From the NCBI RefSeq assembly GCF_009914755.1, contig NC_060945.1: 64,000 nucleotides of DNA. One strand, written 5' to 3'. The notes beneath the pieces were generated by a model, which searched no databases, was not told the origin of the DNA, and worked only from the letters and a program-made list of their open reading frames with translations. Numbering within the stretch: the stretch's first letter is position 1; each line of letters starts with the position of its first letter. Both the position numbers and the translations under genes were made by a program. Below are positions 1-14,982 of the stretch, piece after piece. Source of the DNA: the human T2T-CHM13v2.0 reference genome, Homo sapiens.

Positions 1-2107
1 ACTTGCATGTGTGACTAATTACCAAAGAAAGCCAGAGCAATGGATTTTGCCAGACTTTCCTTGACCTTAGGATTGATTGGGGTCTGGTGGGCCAATAGTG
101 CCTGCTGCAGTGCCAGGGCTGAGTGCCTGCTGCAGAGGCTCCGGAGCTCATTAGCTGCTTACCCAGGCCAGTGGGCAAGCCTGCTGGCTGGAGAGGACCC
201 CAAAGTGTCATATACTCCCCGGGGCCTGCTCTGCACTTCCAGGCCTCCCCGCCTTTAAGGGAAAGGTGGAGTGGCAAAGGGAGCCTCGAACTGGCTTTAA
301 ACTGGGCAGCTTTACAACAAGACGTCTTCTTTATTTCCTGTAACAACACTTTTTAGGGGAAATGACATGTGATAGAAAAGAACAGCTCAGGAAAGTAAAG
401 TACAACGAGGAAAGTAAAGTCCAAATTTAGGGTAATGTGAGAGAGAGGAGGTGGTTTGTGGGGGTGTCTGATTTACATTTTGGTATTAAAATATGTCAGA
501 TGTGCCTGGAGCAATCTATGAGATGAATTGGAAGAGAATGTAGCAGGGATCAGAATGCAGGCTTAAGTCTATCAGCTGGATCAGAAATCTTAACCATCAC
601 AGCCTCAGTTTACAAGGTGCATTCTTTCTCCCTCATCGTACTCACCCAGGCACAAGAAAAATGACTACCTTTGTTCAGCCACTTCATAGAGCTTTTGAAA
701 AAAGAGTTCCTGGAATAATGACAGTCAGTCCCACGTTCTCCTTTAGGTGTCTATTTTTAAGTTGCTTTTCAAAAGAACTCATTTAGGAGAGCTAGGGGCA
801 AGGTTGGAAGGCATAAGGACAAACATCTGAGCGTGAATTTAAAAACGTGACGCCCTTGCCCTGTTTAGGGTGCGGGTTGGAGACGTTCCAGGTCACGTAA
901 TCAAATGACAGCTATTAATTGGACTTGAGACCCCTTTGGGAAAAGCCTCTTCGTAACCCCGAGTTTCACGGTCATGGGCTGGGCTTTTTTCTTGCTTTGG
1001 CGTGGATGGGAAAGTGCAACTCAGTACAAGGGCTGTGGCTCTTTCTTTCGTCTAGACATTGGCCGCAGGGCAAGGCGATGCCCATCAAAGGCATGGTTTG
1101 AAAAACATCAAGGACATTTAAGGGTAAATCTTTAGATACACATGTCTGTTCTTAGCACCCAAACAGAATCCATGTCGAACTTAATGTATACGTTAAAACG
1201 TACAATAATCTCTAAAGGAAGAAGAAAGCTGTAAATGGCATTTTTCTTGACAGAGATTGCAAACGGGAGGCTACATGCAGTTAACTCGTGAGGTGAGGAC
1301 ATAGAAAAAACATGAATTAAAAAAATGTTTTGCCACTGATTTTAAAATATCATACATACAACAGTGGTTTGGGGCTTACATAGTTGACTCTCACGATTGC
1401 CCAGTGGAGGGACTAAGGTTAAAACGAAACAGATCCTAAGAAGAGAAAGATTATGGCTTTGAGCTTCTTACAACGTAAGGGTAAACTCAAACAGATGCTA
1501 ATGGGTGGCTGATTAGATTTGTAAGGAGCTGTATATTTTAGACCAGTTGTTAAGCACAGATTCTGAGGGTGACTGCATAAAATGTGGGTTTTGCAAATGG
1601 TCTGCAAAACCCAGCAACAAAGGTCAAATGACAATTCAACTTCTTATGTAATTATAACCCCATTTGAGGGTGTACCTGCAGCAAGGACTCTGACAGATCA
1701 AGCAAGATCAGTTTTAGTTTCGTTGGACAACACCATGAAAGATACTCTTTCCTCTAATTGGGGATATTAAGTCCACATAGTCACCAGTTACAATCTGGGT
1801 TTGAAGTTCAACTTTTCCTAATAGAAAGGGGTCAAAATTAAGCAGGAATATGTGTTTCCCAGGGCCGATGATTGTTAAGAGTTGCCATAAAACTTGTTTC
1901 CCCAGTCATGCATTCTATGAAGAAATGCTGTGGGGTTAAAAAGTCTCAGGTTTTCTCTTTTGAATTTTAAGAATGACACAATGCAAGATGTATATTTTTT
2001 TTTCAAAAAGAAAATAAATGACTCATTATTGATTTTATTAAAGGTTTAGTGAAGTAGTACGATCAAGATGAAAAGAAAACATGTTTTTGTAATGGAAAGT
2101 TTCTTAA

Positions 2108-2436
<329 letters not shown>

Positions 2437-4921
2437 TGCGTTATTTTTTAAAATTCTAATTTCTACTCTCAGTGTTTCATTAGAGATGTGATCGGGGGAA
2501 GGCATTCACAATTTGTCTATGGTCCTTCTGTTCTTAGACCACTGGACACATTGAACTATTTGGACGCACAGAGAATATCAGGACCTAAGCCTGGGGCTTT
2601 TCATTAATTTAAAATGACTTTCTAGAAAGGTCTTCATACTGGGAGAAAAGAAGAATTTTAGGGGATGCATGCATACAGGTTTATGTTATATTTAATGATA
2701 TTTTTATGAAACACAACATTAAATATCCTGCTGTTAAAGTATTATAGGCTGCATAGTATTGATTAGAAGCATCCCAGACTGTGAACTTCCCAAAAGGGAC
2801 AATTTTATGTCATTCACAAGTCTGACTGCTGGTTGGGCACTTGGTAAATGTCCAGTTACTGAATGAATAAATAAGTTTTGGGATGTGGATTTATCAGTTG
2901 CTGTAATCAATAGGCCAGGCACCCTCTTCTCTAAATGTTGAGGCTTGTGGTTGGGATACATTTGGGAAAGATGTATTCCATCTTTTGTTCTTTACTCCTG
3001 GTTTGAAACCTGTGTTTGCCATGTAAATCCTTTTATGTGGGAAATGGGTGCATTGTTATATACGCAACATAAGTGCTCTCATGACAGTAAAAGAAAATGA
3101 GAAAAAATAAGAAGGATCTCAACAGAAGGACCTCTTGACATTTGGGAAAATGTCAGGGAAAATATGGGAACGGAGCAAGGGACGTAGAATTCTAATATCC
3201 TATGTTTCCCTGTTGTCTCCATTGAGACTAGCTCACTTCAGATAAGCTCAATGAAACTCAAGCAAAAGAGACTGTAGCCAGAGAGGCAGAGCCTGTGAAT
3301 ACCTTGGAAAGTGGTTTGCTGTATTGAAACAGAAAACCAATTTGACTGTGATTAGAAGAGAATAAGAGAGAGTCTAAGCAGATCTGTAGTAATATAGCCC
3401 CAGTGCCCAATCTCCATCAGCCCAGTTGTAAACTCTGGCATATTGTTGAAGGTAAACATCTAGCACGCGGAAAGCAAGTTCCATATTATTGCAAGGAAAT
3501 AATTTAATTATCATCTAAAATTAATTCTTAATAGCATACTCATAATATTAATTAAAATAAATAATTGATATTTGAATATTTAAATATTTTAGTAAATTTA
3601 TATTTGAAATAGGAATATATGAAAATTTATATGCAAAAAGGGATGGATTCAAATTTCTTTTCTTGGGGAGTTCGAAACTGAATTGCACGTCCATATCCCC
3701 ATGTGATTAATCTGATAGGAGCTCTGCTTTCCTATCATCCCCAGGGATGAACTATTTACCATTCTTCTTCCCATTTTTCAAATGAGGTGCAATGTGAACA
3801 ATGAATACAGAAACGTTTTCCAGTCACCTGGCACAAGGGCCTTTGGGGTATAGATATGGGAATGTTCGATAATGGATTGTTTTGTGCCACAAACAAAGCA
3901 AGCTTGCCACAGTCATCAATGGCTCAAACCTATAAATGCCACATTCATGTTGGGGCCATTCTACATGAACAATTTAGCATAAGCCACACATTCCAGGCAT
4001 GGGTCTGCTTGTATATTGTTTATGCCTCACAAAGAGCTCTGAATTTATGCTTCAGAATCTCACTGAATTTACTGCTCATTCCATTTCTGGAAGGGAAACA
4101 CTTGGCCCATATTTATGACATTGCCAGTAGAAAAATCAATCACCCACTAAATGCCATTATTTTATATTTTACTCTTAACCTGCCATTTTATAAATGAAAG
4201 GAAGACAAATTAGACTCATAAAGCAGGAAGGTAATCATCCACAAATTGAACATTTAAGGGCAAGGAAGCAAAAGCTGTGAACTGTTCCAACCATTCAAAT
4301 AAGGCAATTTTCCTCACAAAGGAGCTAGAATAGAGAGCAGGGGAGTCCCTCTCTTCAAGGTTTCTGCCCTCCATTTTAGGACAGTCTTGGACTTGGATGA
4401 GACTAAAACGTCTCCAGCCATACACGAGTCAGACCTCTTCCTCGTAGTTCAAAAGACAACTTTTGAATGTTAAATATTATTTACGACGGTTTGATAGCAA
4501 AATGGGATCCAGATTGGCTTGAGATCACGCTATTCCTGGTATAACAATCCAAGTCTGTGGTATAGTGGCATGACAAAAGACACAGTCATCTGTTCCCGTA
4601 GCACCACATCTGTGCTTTGGTCAATAATCGAATGAAGTAATGGTTATTTTAATTTTATATGACCTCTGAGAAAAGGACTCCAGAAGTTAACAAGACCCAT
4701 TAACATGTGTCTTAATCAAATAAGAGTAAAAATATAACAAGGAAACACAGAAACACAAGAGGGAGAAATAATATAATTTCTTCCTTTTTTTTCAAGATCT
4801 TTTTTTTTTTTTTCTAAAAAACAATACAAGCATCTGTTCATCAGGTGGTTAAGTTCTAGTATTTTAAAAAAAAAGCTAGTTAAAAGGTTACACCTGCTTT
4901 AAAATTTATGATTCTTATGTA

Positions 4922-5262
4922 CAGTAGCTCCCCCTTATCTTCAGATGCCCGGTGAATGGCTGAAAGTGTGGGTGGTACCGAATCCTACGCATGCTATGCT
5001 TTTTCCATCCGATAATACCTGAAAGTGCTGCTAAGTGGCTACGGGCAGGTAGTGTAGACAGTGTGGATACGCTGGGCAGATGAATGATTCATGTTCTTAG
5101 ACAGCAAGCGGTTTCATAACGCTACTCAGTAGAGTGTGCAATTTGCAACTTATGAATTGTTTATTTCTGGGATTTTCCATTGAATATTTTTGGACTGTGG
5201 TTAGCAGCAGGTAACTCAAACCTCAGAAAGTGAAACCAAGGAAGGTTAAGGGGGAACTACTG
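4922..5262 (-). mobile_element. MER44A-like MITE (TcMar-Tigger DNA transposon)
   Basis: Terminal inverted repeats cagtagctcccccttat ... taagggggaactactg, TA at the left flank, ~340 bp. Body resembles the MER44/Tigger7 consensus. Confidence 0.85.
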
Positions 5263-6229
5263 TGTGCAATTTCTTTATTAAATAATAGCCACTGTTTCGT
5301 TAGGAGTTGTTAGAGAAATATCACTTTTTTTTTTCTTGTACCCAGCAAAATGACTAATTGTATTTAGGGTTTTCTTTTTCAAATTGTAAATTTTCTCACA
5401 GTTTTTTTTTTTGTTATGCAGAGAAATCTCTGATGCAATGAATGGGTCAAATTTTGAGCTGAGTGTGGCTGTGTGACAGCATCCTGGGTGCTGGTCTCCT
5501 CATCTCTGAGGGGTGACAGCATACACACAGACACTGGTGCTGCCACAAGTCTGCCCATGTCCAAGACGGGCGATGGTGTGGAGCCTTCCTTTACAGATCA
5601 TAACTCTGCATCTTCCAGAGAGTTTTAGGTGGAAATAGCAACAAGCAAAACTTCAAACCATTATGCCATAGTGAGATCTTCTCCTTAAAACAATAAGGGT
5701 GACTTGACGTGATTTTATCCTCTTGCCTTCTATGACTTTCCACAATTGTGGTTGCTCTAACAACAACTGTCTGTTTTAGCATATCAATGTTTTGGGAACT
5801 ATCTTTTCAATCTTCCTGCAGATCCATAACAGAACTATGGAATAGTGTCCACAATGACTAAGGATATCAATACTCCCAAGTTTTTGATAGTGTACCTTAA
5901 TAGGGAAAAAATTTGACCATGTATACACAACAAATTTTTATTTATTTTACAATTATGTATACATGCGAATATGCCAATATAGTAAGAGTTAATCATTAAA
6001 GGAAGGGTAAGGAAATCTGTAATTCCAATAGACTTTTTGGTAACTGTACTTCTTTTTGAGTCTAATTTGATGGCTGAGGTTTTTAAGCTTGTATTGGTGC
6101 CCATGAAGACATCCTAAGAAAAGAAGGTTTAGTTAGTGCTTCTATCGTTTCCTTGGTGTTTGTGCTGATGGTGTTAGTATTATTTTCAGTCTATGATTTA
6201 ATGCAGAATTTTTCAATTAAATCTGAATA

Positions 6230-6580
6230 TATATTTAATTGAAATATATATTAAATATATAGTAAATAATATATATATGATTTACTATTTTAACCACTTT
6301 TAAGTGTACAGTTCAGCGGTATTAATTACATTTACACTGTCGTGAAACGGGTCCACAGAACTTGTTCATCTTTCAAAGCCAAGACTCTGCACCCATTCAA
6401 CAACCACTCTCCATTACCCCGCCCCTATCCTCTGGCAAACCCATTCTATTTCTTACCTCTATCAGTTTGACTACTTTTGGTACCTCCTGTGCATGGAATC
6501 ATACAGTATTTGTCTTTTTGTGACTGGCTTATTTTACTTAGCATAATGTCTTCAAGGTTCATCTATGTTGTGGCCTGTGA
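6230..6580 (-). mobile_element. L1M (L1MB-like) 3' end fragment
   Basis: Typical antisense L1M 3' motifs (ttttaagtgtacagttcag, ggaatcatacagtatttgtctttttgtgactggcttatt) and an AT-rich tail. Confidence 0.8.
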
Positions 6581-7546
6581 CTATATAGGACATTTTAAAA
6601 GCCACTTACCTACTGTGGGAAGATTAGTTTAGTTAAAGGTAGATTGTATAATCTGTAAATCCTCTTAATGGAACATAAGGAACTGCAAGGTATCACATGA
6701 TGATATTCTGAGAGCAAGTCAACAGGCAGTGTGTCTGGGACAATCTCCCATTGTGGGACTCCTACTCTTTCCTACCCACCAAGTGATGATGTCATTATCA
6801 ATCCAGATATTAGCTATGAATGAAACCTAATTTTTAAATTGATCTTAGATCCTACACAAATATAAATAGAAATTCTAAAGTCTTCTTTACCATGAGTGTT
6901 TGTGGCAGTGAAGCACCTTACAACCCCAGAGGTGCCGTTGACACTGTGGTCTGTGCCAACAGCACTGCCTGGAGTTGTGCTGTGAACAACCTATGCCACT
7001 GAACATGGTGGCTCTGCCCTTCCTTGAGTTGATGTCAGCCTGCTTAAGGACGGTTGACCTTGAGAAAGGCTGTCGTTTTTATAGTTCCACTTAGAATTCA
7101 GGGAATCAGAGAAGGGCATCGTTGTCATTTCATTCAAAGCGGTCATTTTAAAATAGGGGACTGAGTGTCCAACGATGAATCTTGTGCAGAATCACAGAGC
7201 TTCTTCAGAGAAAACCTAAGTTTCCTTTCCACATTTTCCATGCTATTACATTTCTCATTTTCTGGATACAACCCAATTTCTTTTAAACCTGTCCAAATTC
7301 CACTTAGGGTTTGCACAAGTAATTTATTAAATTAAAATTGTCCTGAATATTTTTATTAGCCTTGAGTAAAAAAAGAACAGCCACAGAAATCTTGACAAAG
7401 CCATTGTTTTGTTCATCAGGTCTTCCACTCTATTTCTAGGGATTCCAGCTTCCACCCTGACACCCCCAGCCTCCCATCCCGTCACACACAGAGAAGCTGA
7501 GAAATGTTAATAATGCTTCCCTGTGGAATGTTTCATTAAGACCCTT

Positions 7547-8131
<585 letters not shown>

Positions 8132-9117
8132 CTAGATTGTGACGAGAGAGAGAGAGAGATTATGTCTTCTTCTATACCGTTTCATCTTCCCAGCACTATA
8201 TCATTGAACTCCCATTGATGGAGAATCAATAAGACGTGGTCCTTACCCCTTAAAGAACTTGTAGGGGGAGACAGAATCACATAAAATTAACTCTACTCTG
8301 GTGTCCACGCAGAGCTACAGGCCTATTCTCTGTATAAAGCAAGTGCCAGGATGCATGGGTTAATTTGCCATTGCTCAGAGCTGGGAAGGAGAGGAAAGAA
8401 GATGCTAATGGGTAACCTTCCCAAAGCAGCCGGGGCTTACAGAAGTAGGGGCTCAGCACACATTGATTGAAGAATAGCACTACGATAGCACTCTGCGAAT
8501 CTTAAAAGTCATACAATTTAGAGCCATGTGAGAATTTAGCAATCTTCAAGCTCATTGTATAGATACATGTCCATTATGATACTGTAGTTAATTCTGAACT
8601 CCTGCCTGGTGATAAAAATTGCTTTAAACATGTTGGACATTTTCTCATCCACATCAATGAATATTTGGGCTCTAGGGACTTGTTGCATCTTTCTTTAAAA
8701 GTGAAAAGTCTTCTGTATATTGGAAAGAGATTACATGAGGACAGTCAATTACATTTTTGAAAGTGCACACATTGGTTGGTTGTAAAATTTACATGATCCA
8801 ATTGTGAGAACTGTGTACATGGATTTAGGTATGTCTGTTATTTCCCTTTGTGAGAGTATCTATCCGTGCTTGCTCATGGTAGAGTATCATTGCACTTTGT
8901 ATCTCAGAGCTTCTAGTGGCTTCTTAACCATTATATTATTGTCTTTTCTTTGAAGTTTGCTCAGGGGATGGGCTCAACCCTGTATTTATAACTCTGCTCT
9001 CACATATGCTTAAGTCTTGTCAAAATATCTAGATAATACAGTGCCACACCTCAAATATTTCTGGAAATGTTCTATACCTCAGAAATGTGGGATATTTTAC
9101 CTCTTCTTGAAGAAAAT

Positions 9118-9433
<316 letters not shown>

Positions 9434-9964
9434 AAGAAAGTTTCTTAAAATAGATGTAGCAATTTGTCAAGCACCTCCACCAAATACCTCCTTCAAGTTC
9501 ATAGTTATTTTTCATCCAGGTTCCTTCTTTGCCGTCTTTAAAAATGATTCATTTCATTTCTCAGGCACTATTCTATGAATTTCCATGTCATCACTTTTTT
9601 GCTGAGTTCTTGCTAGGAGCCAGAATTGGCTGAAATTCCTATGAGAGTTCCCCCACAGTTGCATTTTGGATGAGGATTTCAAATTTCACATGACAAAATA
9701 TAAATGCCGCTAAATGTAACTCCAGAGGTACAAGCAGTGGCGTCGGAGGCCCCTTCTCTGGCTCCTTAATGCCCCCATTAGTATTACAACAAGGAAAAGA
9801 GACATGGGCTGAAGAGTCAGGCAGATACTGGCAGAAGTGAGTCCAGTTAAAAACACATCATGGTTCTGTAACCCGCCCTGCTGGCCCCCTCTGCCTTCAA
9901 CCTCTTTTGAGGTAACGTAGCTCAGAGTTCAGACATCCATAAAAGCCTGTGACAGGGAGTAGGG

Positions 9965-10136
9965 CAGGACCAGTGACATAATTTGTGGCCCCAATGAAAA
10001 ATCAATACGATGCCCCTTGTTAAACATTGATTAGAATTTGAAGATGGGGACAGCAACATATCAGACCAAGCCAGGGCCCTTCTGAGAGTGGTCCCCCTTG
10101 GACCGCATGGGTCACTCTCTCATGAGGCCAGTCCTG
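9965..10136 (-). mobile_element. MER45A-like hAT MITE
   Basis: caggaccag ... ccagtcctg termini; internal ataatttg, gccccttgtt and gggcccttctgag match the remembered MER45A consensus. Confidence 0.7.
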
Positions 10137-10239
10137 GGTCAAAATGAGAAGCATCCCAATTGCTTTTTAATGAACAAATTAAAAACAAAAGAGGCAGAGC
10201 TGAAGAAACATAATTCCATTATCTTTGCAATGTCTGGAG

Positions 10240-10351
10240 ATATCTATATCTATCTATATCTATATCTATATCTGTATCTATATCTATATCTATATCTATA
10301 TCTATATCTATATCTATATCTATATCTATATCTATATCTATCTATATCTAT
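10240..10351. repeat. (ATATCT)n hexanucleotide microsatellite
   Basis: Directly visible, ~18 units with few interruptions. Confidence 0.98.
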
Positions 10352-10574
10352 TCCCTGTCCAAGTGGAAGCTCTCAAAATGGCCCAAGCCTGACCATGGAG
10401 GTCAGTGGGTGGAGGGTCTTTCCCACAAATCCAAGGGAGCTTTCAAGTTGGTTTGGAGGAAGCCTCCCTAGCAGCATGCTTGAATAAGAAACTATTGTGT
10501 TCAAGCATCAGCTTGGCTGGTGCTGAGGACTCTTTTGATGATGAAGTAATAAAATGGATTCAAAATCACTTGGC

Positions 10575-10662
10575 ATATGCATGTGCATGTACATCTGTGT
10601 GTGCGTGTGTGTGAGTGTGTGTGTGTGCGTGCGTGTGAGTGTGTGTGTATACGTGTATATGT
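10575..10662. repeat. Degenerate (TG)n microsatellite
   Basis: Directly visible. Confidence 0.95.
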
Positions 10663-12034
10663 TTAAAGGCCATATAAATGCTAAACTCTGTGTGCAAATG
10701 TCCTCGAATTCTGATTCCAACTGTCTTTATCGAGTGCTGGTTGTTTATCCAGGTGAAAGCATCCGCTGGCCAGTTTTGTCCCACGTCTTTTTCTATCAAG
10801 TCTTTGGTCCTCACTTCTTCTTCCTGAGTATGTCCGGAGGGAACAGAATGCAGATGTACTAGGCTTTTCAATTAAAGAAACATTTTTGTATGCTGGGCTT
10901 TGGAAATAAAGAGGTCTACCTTAGTAATTCCGGGATCAATATGTGCAGATAGGAAGTAATTTGGTGGTGTGACCTTTGGCCATTTGTAAGTGCCTTGTCC
11001 CTGGAAAACAATGTTTAAATTGGAATTGGGTTTGTTTTCCAGCCAATTAAATCCTTCTGGATTTCAGAGGAATTTGAAACAAAATATGGAACAAATATCT
11101 ATTATGAAGGAGGCACAGCTGTTAGATGAGTTGGTTGTTGGTATTGGTGGTCGTGTGTGCATTTTATTTTTTTTTGTGGGAGAGTAGAATTTTCACTTCT
11201 GCGGGGAGCATCTGATCAAATGGCCCATATAACTTTTACCTGTCTGCTAATCTGAGTCTCAATCCACTTCTTGGGCTGTGACAGCTGATTTAGGACAAAA
11301 CATTCCTTTTCTTCCAAAAGTATACAATCTTGGGCTTCTACTGTTTTCTGAAGCTATTTTTGTTCTAGTTGAATGTTGGGGGGAGAAACCTGGCTATTTG
11401 TTTATTATTATACCAAAAAAGAAAGTCTCCAGCTTCTGAAGCTTGGGGCACTCACTGTTAGAGAAACATGTTTGGCAGCACACAGGGCCAAATAAACTAC
11501 ACACCTGCATTTCATTACAACAGGTCATTGCGGGAACAGTGGCATTAGCCTCCATAGGAAAAGGGTTTGCATGGGGGTCTAGGAAGCCAGTTAAACACAT
11601 GAAAAACACATTGAGACACCTGGACAGAGTGATTTATGAAGCAAGAACTGTTTTCATGGTGCCAGGGTCCTGTCCTCGCAGATGCATGAAACGTACATCT
11701 GCAGTTCTGACATCACAGCGGACACGGGACTCTGAGTGATGCATTACTGAGTTCCCTGACAATGTGAAATGCATTTGTCCCGTTTTTTCCTAAAATGGCC
11801 CACCTATTTTCAAATGCAGAGTCCTGTGCGATGTCATACATTTCCACAATGTTGCTTTAAAATAAGAGAGGGCAGGAAACGTGATTCCGACTCTGCACCC
11901 AGATGGACTGAGGCATAATATGTCTGCATCGTTGATGGCAGAAAGTGGGCGTCCAAGTCAGGTTTTCCGTCTTCCAAGCCAATCTTTCCCCTTCTAGACC
12001 GGAAAGATTAAATGGCAAGTAGAACACCAAGTCA

Positions 12035-12185
12035 ATCTGCCCAGACTCAAATTCCATTCCCTGACCCCCTCACATAGCTGTAACATGCTTGGGCATAATC
12101 CTAAGCCTCTCTGTGTCTCAAGTTTTCTCTCCATCCAGTCGGGATAAAGGCAGTAGCCACCTTGTAGTAGGCTTGTTTCCATGAG
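12035..12185 (+). mobile_element. MIR fragment
   Basis: Core-like cctctctgtgtctcaagttttctc. Confidence 0.55.
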
Positions 12186-14067
12186 AGTGTTTAGCTGCTC
12201 TTACTATGACTGAAAAAACATAGCTGCTTGCATTTGCAGACAGAGCCTTGTGACTTGGTGCAAAGAAAGGAAAACATCTTTGCCGAACTTGGAGGTCTCA
12301 TCTATTCACTCAGCTCTAAATATGGGCTTCTCTTGAATAACCGCAGGTTTGGCCTGTGTGCTTTCTTTCTCACGCCTTTTTGTTCACTTGATGAGGATGC
12401 CGAGTGCAGCGGTACATTACGCTTGGCTCAACCGTGGCAGAGCCAATGTGGCCATGGTGAGAGATCATTCAGGATGGATGACTGCTTAGGGACTGGCAGG
12501 GCAAGAGTCTCCCAGCTGTTGCGGCATTTCATCCTGTGGTCTTTGGTCATTCTTTGGCTTTTATCTGAGTACACCCGGCATGGCATTTTACCAGCTGTAC
12601 TGGGGAGGACTGGGGGAATGGAAAGCTGGCATTACTGCTGAAAGCAAAGAAAAGATGTGTCTTTCTCTGTGGCCGGTTTCTGTAATCCGGGAAGACCCCA
12701 TGTGGGTTTTCTGATCTCATGTCAGCTTCCCTAGTTGAAGTATAAAATTGCTAGAAGAACCACATCATCCTCGGAGGGACAGGCAGGCATCCTTAGTGTT
12801 CTTGAAATGATTACATCGTCAGTTTCATTTAGTTCTAGAAGACTGGCCCTGCCTGTTGGTTTTTCCCCTAATCGTCTGTGTAAGAAAGACTTACCCTTAA
12901 ATGGGTGAGTTACAGGCAGGGCTCAGTTTCTGTCATTACACTGATCTTTCATTGACAGTTTTCCACCCTCTGTTACTCTTGGCATCGGGCTGGTCAGCCA
13001 TAACTTCTAGGGATGGGGAGAGAAATCGAATCTCTTCTATTCTTCTCTGTACTGCTTCAATCTGGCAACTTCTACGTAGACTGTGAGAATATAACCTTGT
13101 AATAAACATTTGGGTCTCTTTGCCTTTGTCCGAGAGCCCACTGTTATTTTTTTTCTAATCACAGCAGCTGCTCTAGCTAGCATCTGGCTCATATACCAGC
13201 AGCCTTTATTCTGAGACTAATCTAAGGATTCAACACCAATTCAGGAAGGCAATCAAAGAAGTGGGTTGGATGGACAAGTATTTCTTTGTGTACAGTTCAG
13301 ATGCAGAAGGTGGTAGACACCTACATTGATGCATTGTCCTAGCATCCTACAGATCCATGGGGTTGCCAAGGGTGGCTTGGTGGGGTTGGGGGGTGCAGGT
13401 GAATTTGGCTGTAGCTGGCATAAATGGAGGTGCTTGCATGTTGATTCCTGGGCCCTTTGACCCAACCTCTGGTTTGGGGAGAGGCTGCTGATTAGAGCAG
13501 ATGCACACACCTTGTAACAGGGCCACTGAGTTCTCCCAGTCTTCCATCCACATTTCTTCTTTGTCATCAGCGTTCCCTCCTCCTGTATTTTCCCTTTCTA
13601 GAAAAAAATATGAGCTGTGATTTGTACAAAACACACAAAATGCATCCGTTGGAATCAGAGATCCAGGAAACTTCAGCTGAAATTAACAACTTCGTAACAC
13701 AGGTAGAGCCTACGTCCTTCATGAGAAAAATGACACAAATCTCAGTATTCTTTGTTTGGAGTCTCTTGACATCCATGTGAGGTACATATTTTCTGTATTC
13801 TATTTTATTTTAATTCACCATGAAAAAGAAACTGGTCAAATAAAGAAGCCAAGGCTTTGAGGAGCAGAATCATTTATTTGTGGTGATTCAGCCATATTTA
13901 CTCCCAGTGTTTCAACTGTGAGCTCAATGCACTGTTTTCATTACTTTTACTATATTGCAAGTTGAATACAATGAAAAAAAAAGGAGAAACATCTCTTCTT
14001 AAGCCTGTTTTACCATTATTTTGCTCTCTGATTTTTCTTAGAAACCAAATCCATGCAATGTGAGTGT

Positions 14068-14230
14068 TTTTATCTCATTTAGTTCTCACACATTAATGAG
14101 GTGGGTATATTGTTATTCTCATTTAATAAAAACAGACACTGAGGCTCAGAGAAGTTAAGTGACCTGAACTGGGCCACACAGCTGCTGGGGACCAGGGCTG
14201 GGATTACCTGGGTAGTTGGATTCCAGCACA
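14068..14230 (-). mobile_element. MIR
   Basis: Core actgaggctcagagaagttaagtgacc ... ccacacagct. Confidence 0.8.
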
Positions 14231-14277
14231 CTTATTTTTGAGGTTAAGTTTATTAAGGTGTAATTTACATGTGGTAA

Positions 14278-14652
<375 letters not shown>

Positions 14653-14659
14653 TAGACTA

Positions 14660-14982
<323 letters not shown>

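Noticed and set aside
10098-10487. 129-aa ORF with a (YL)n run
   Set aside because: Produced by the ATATCT microsatellite.
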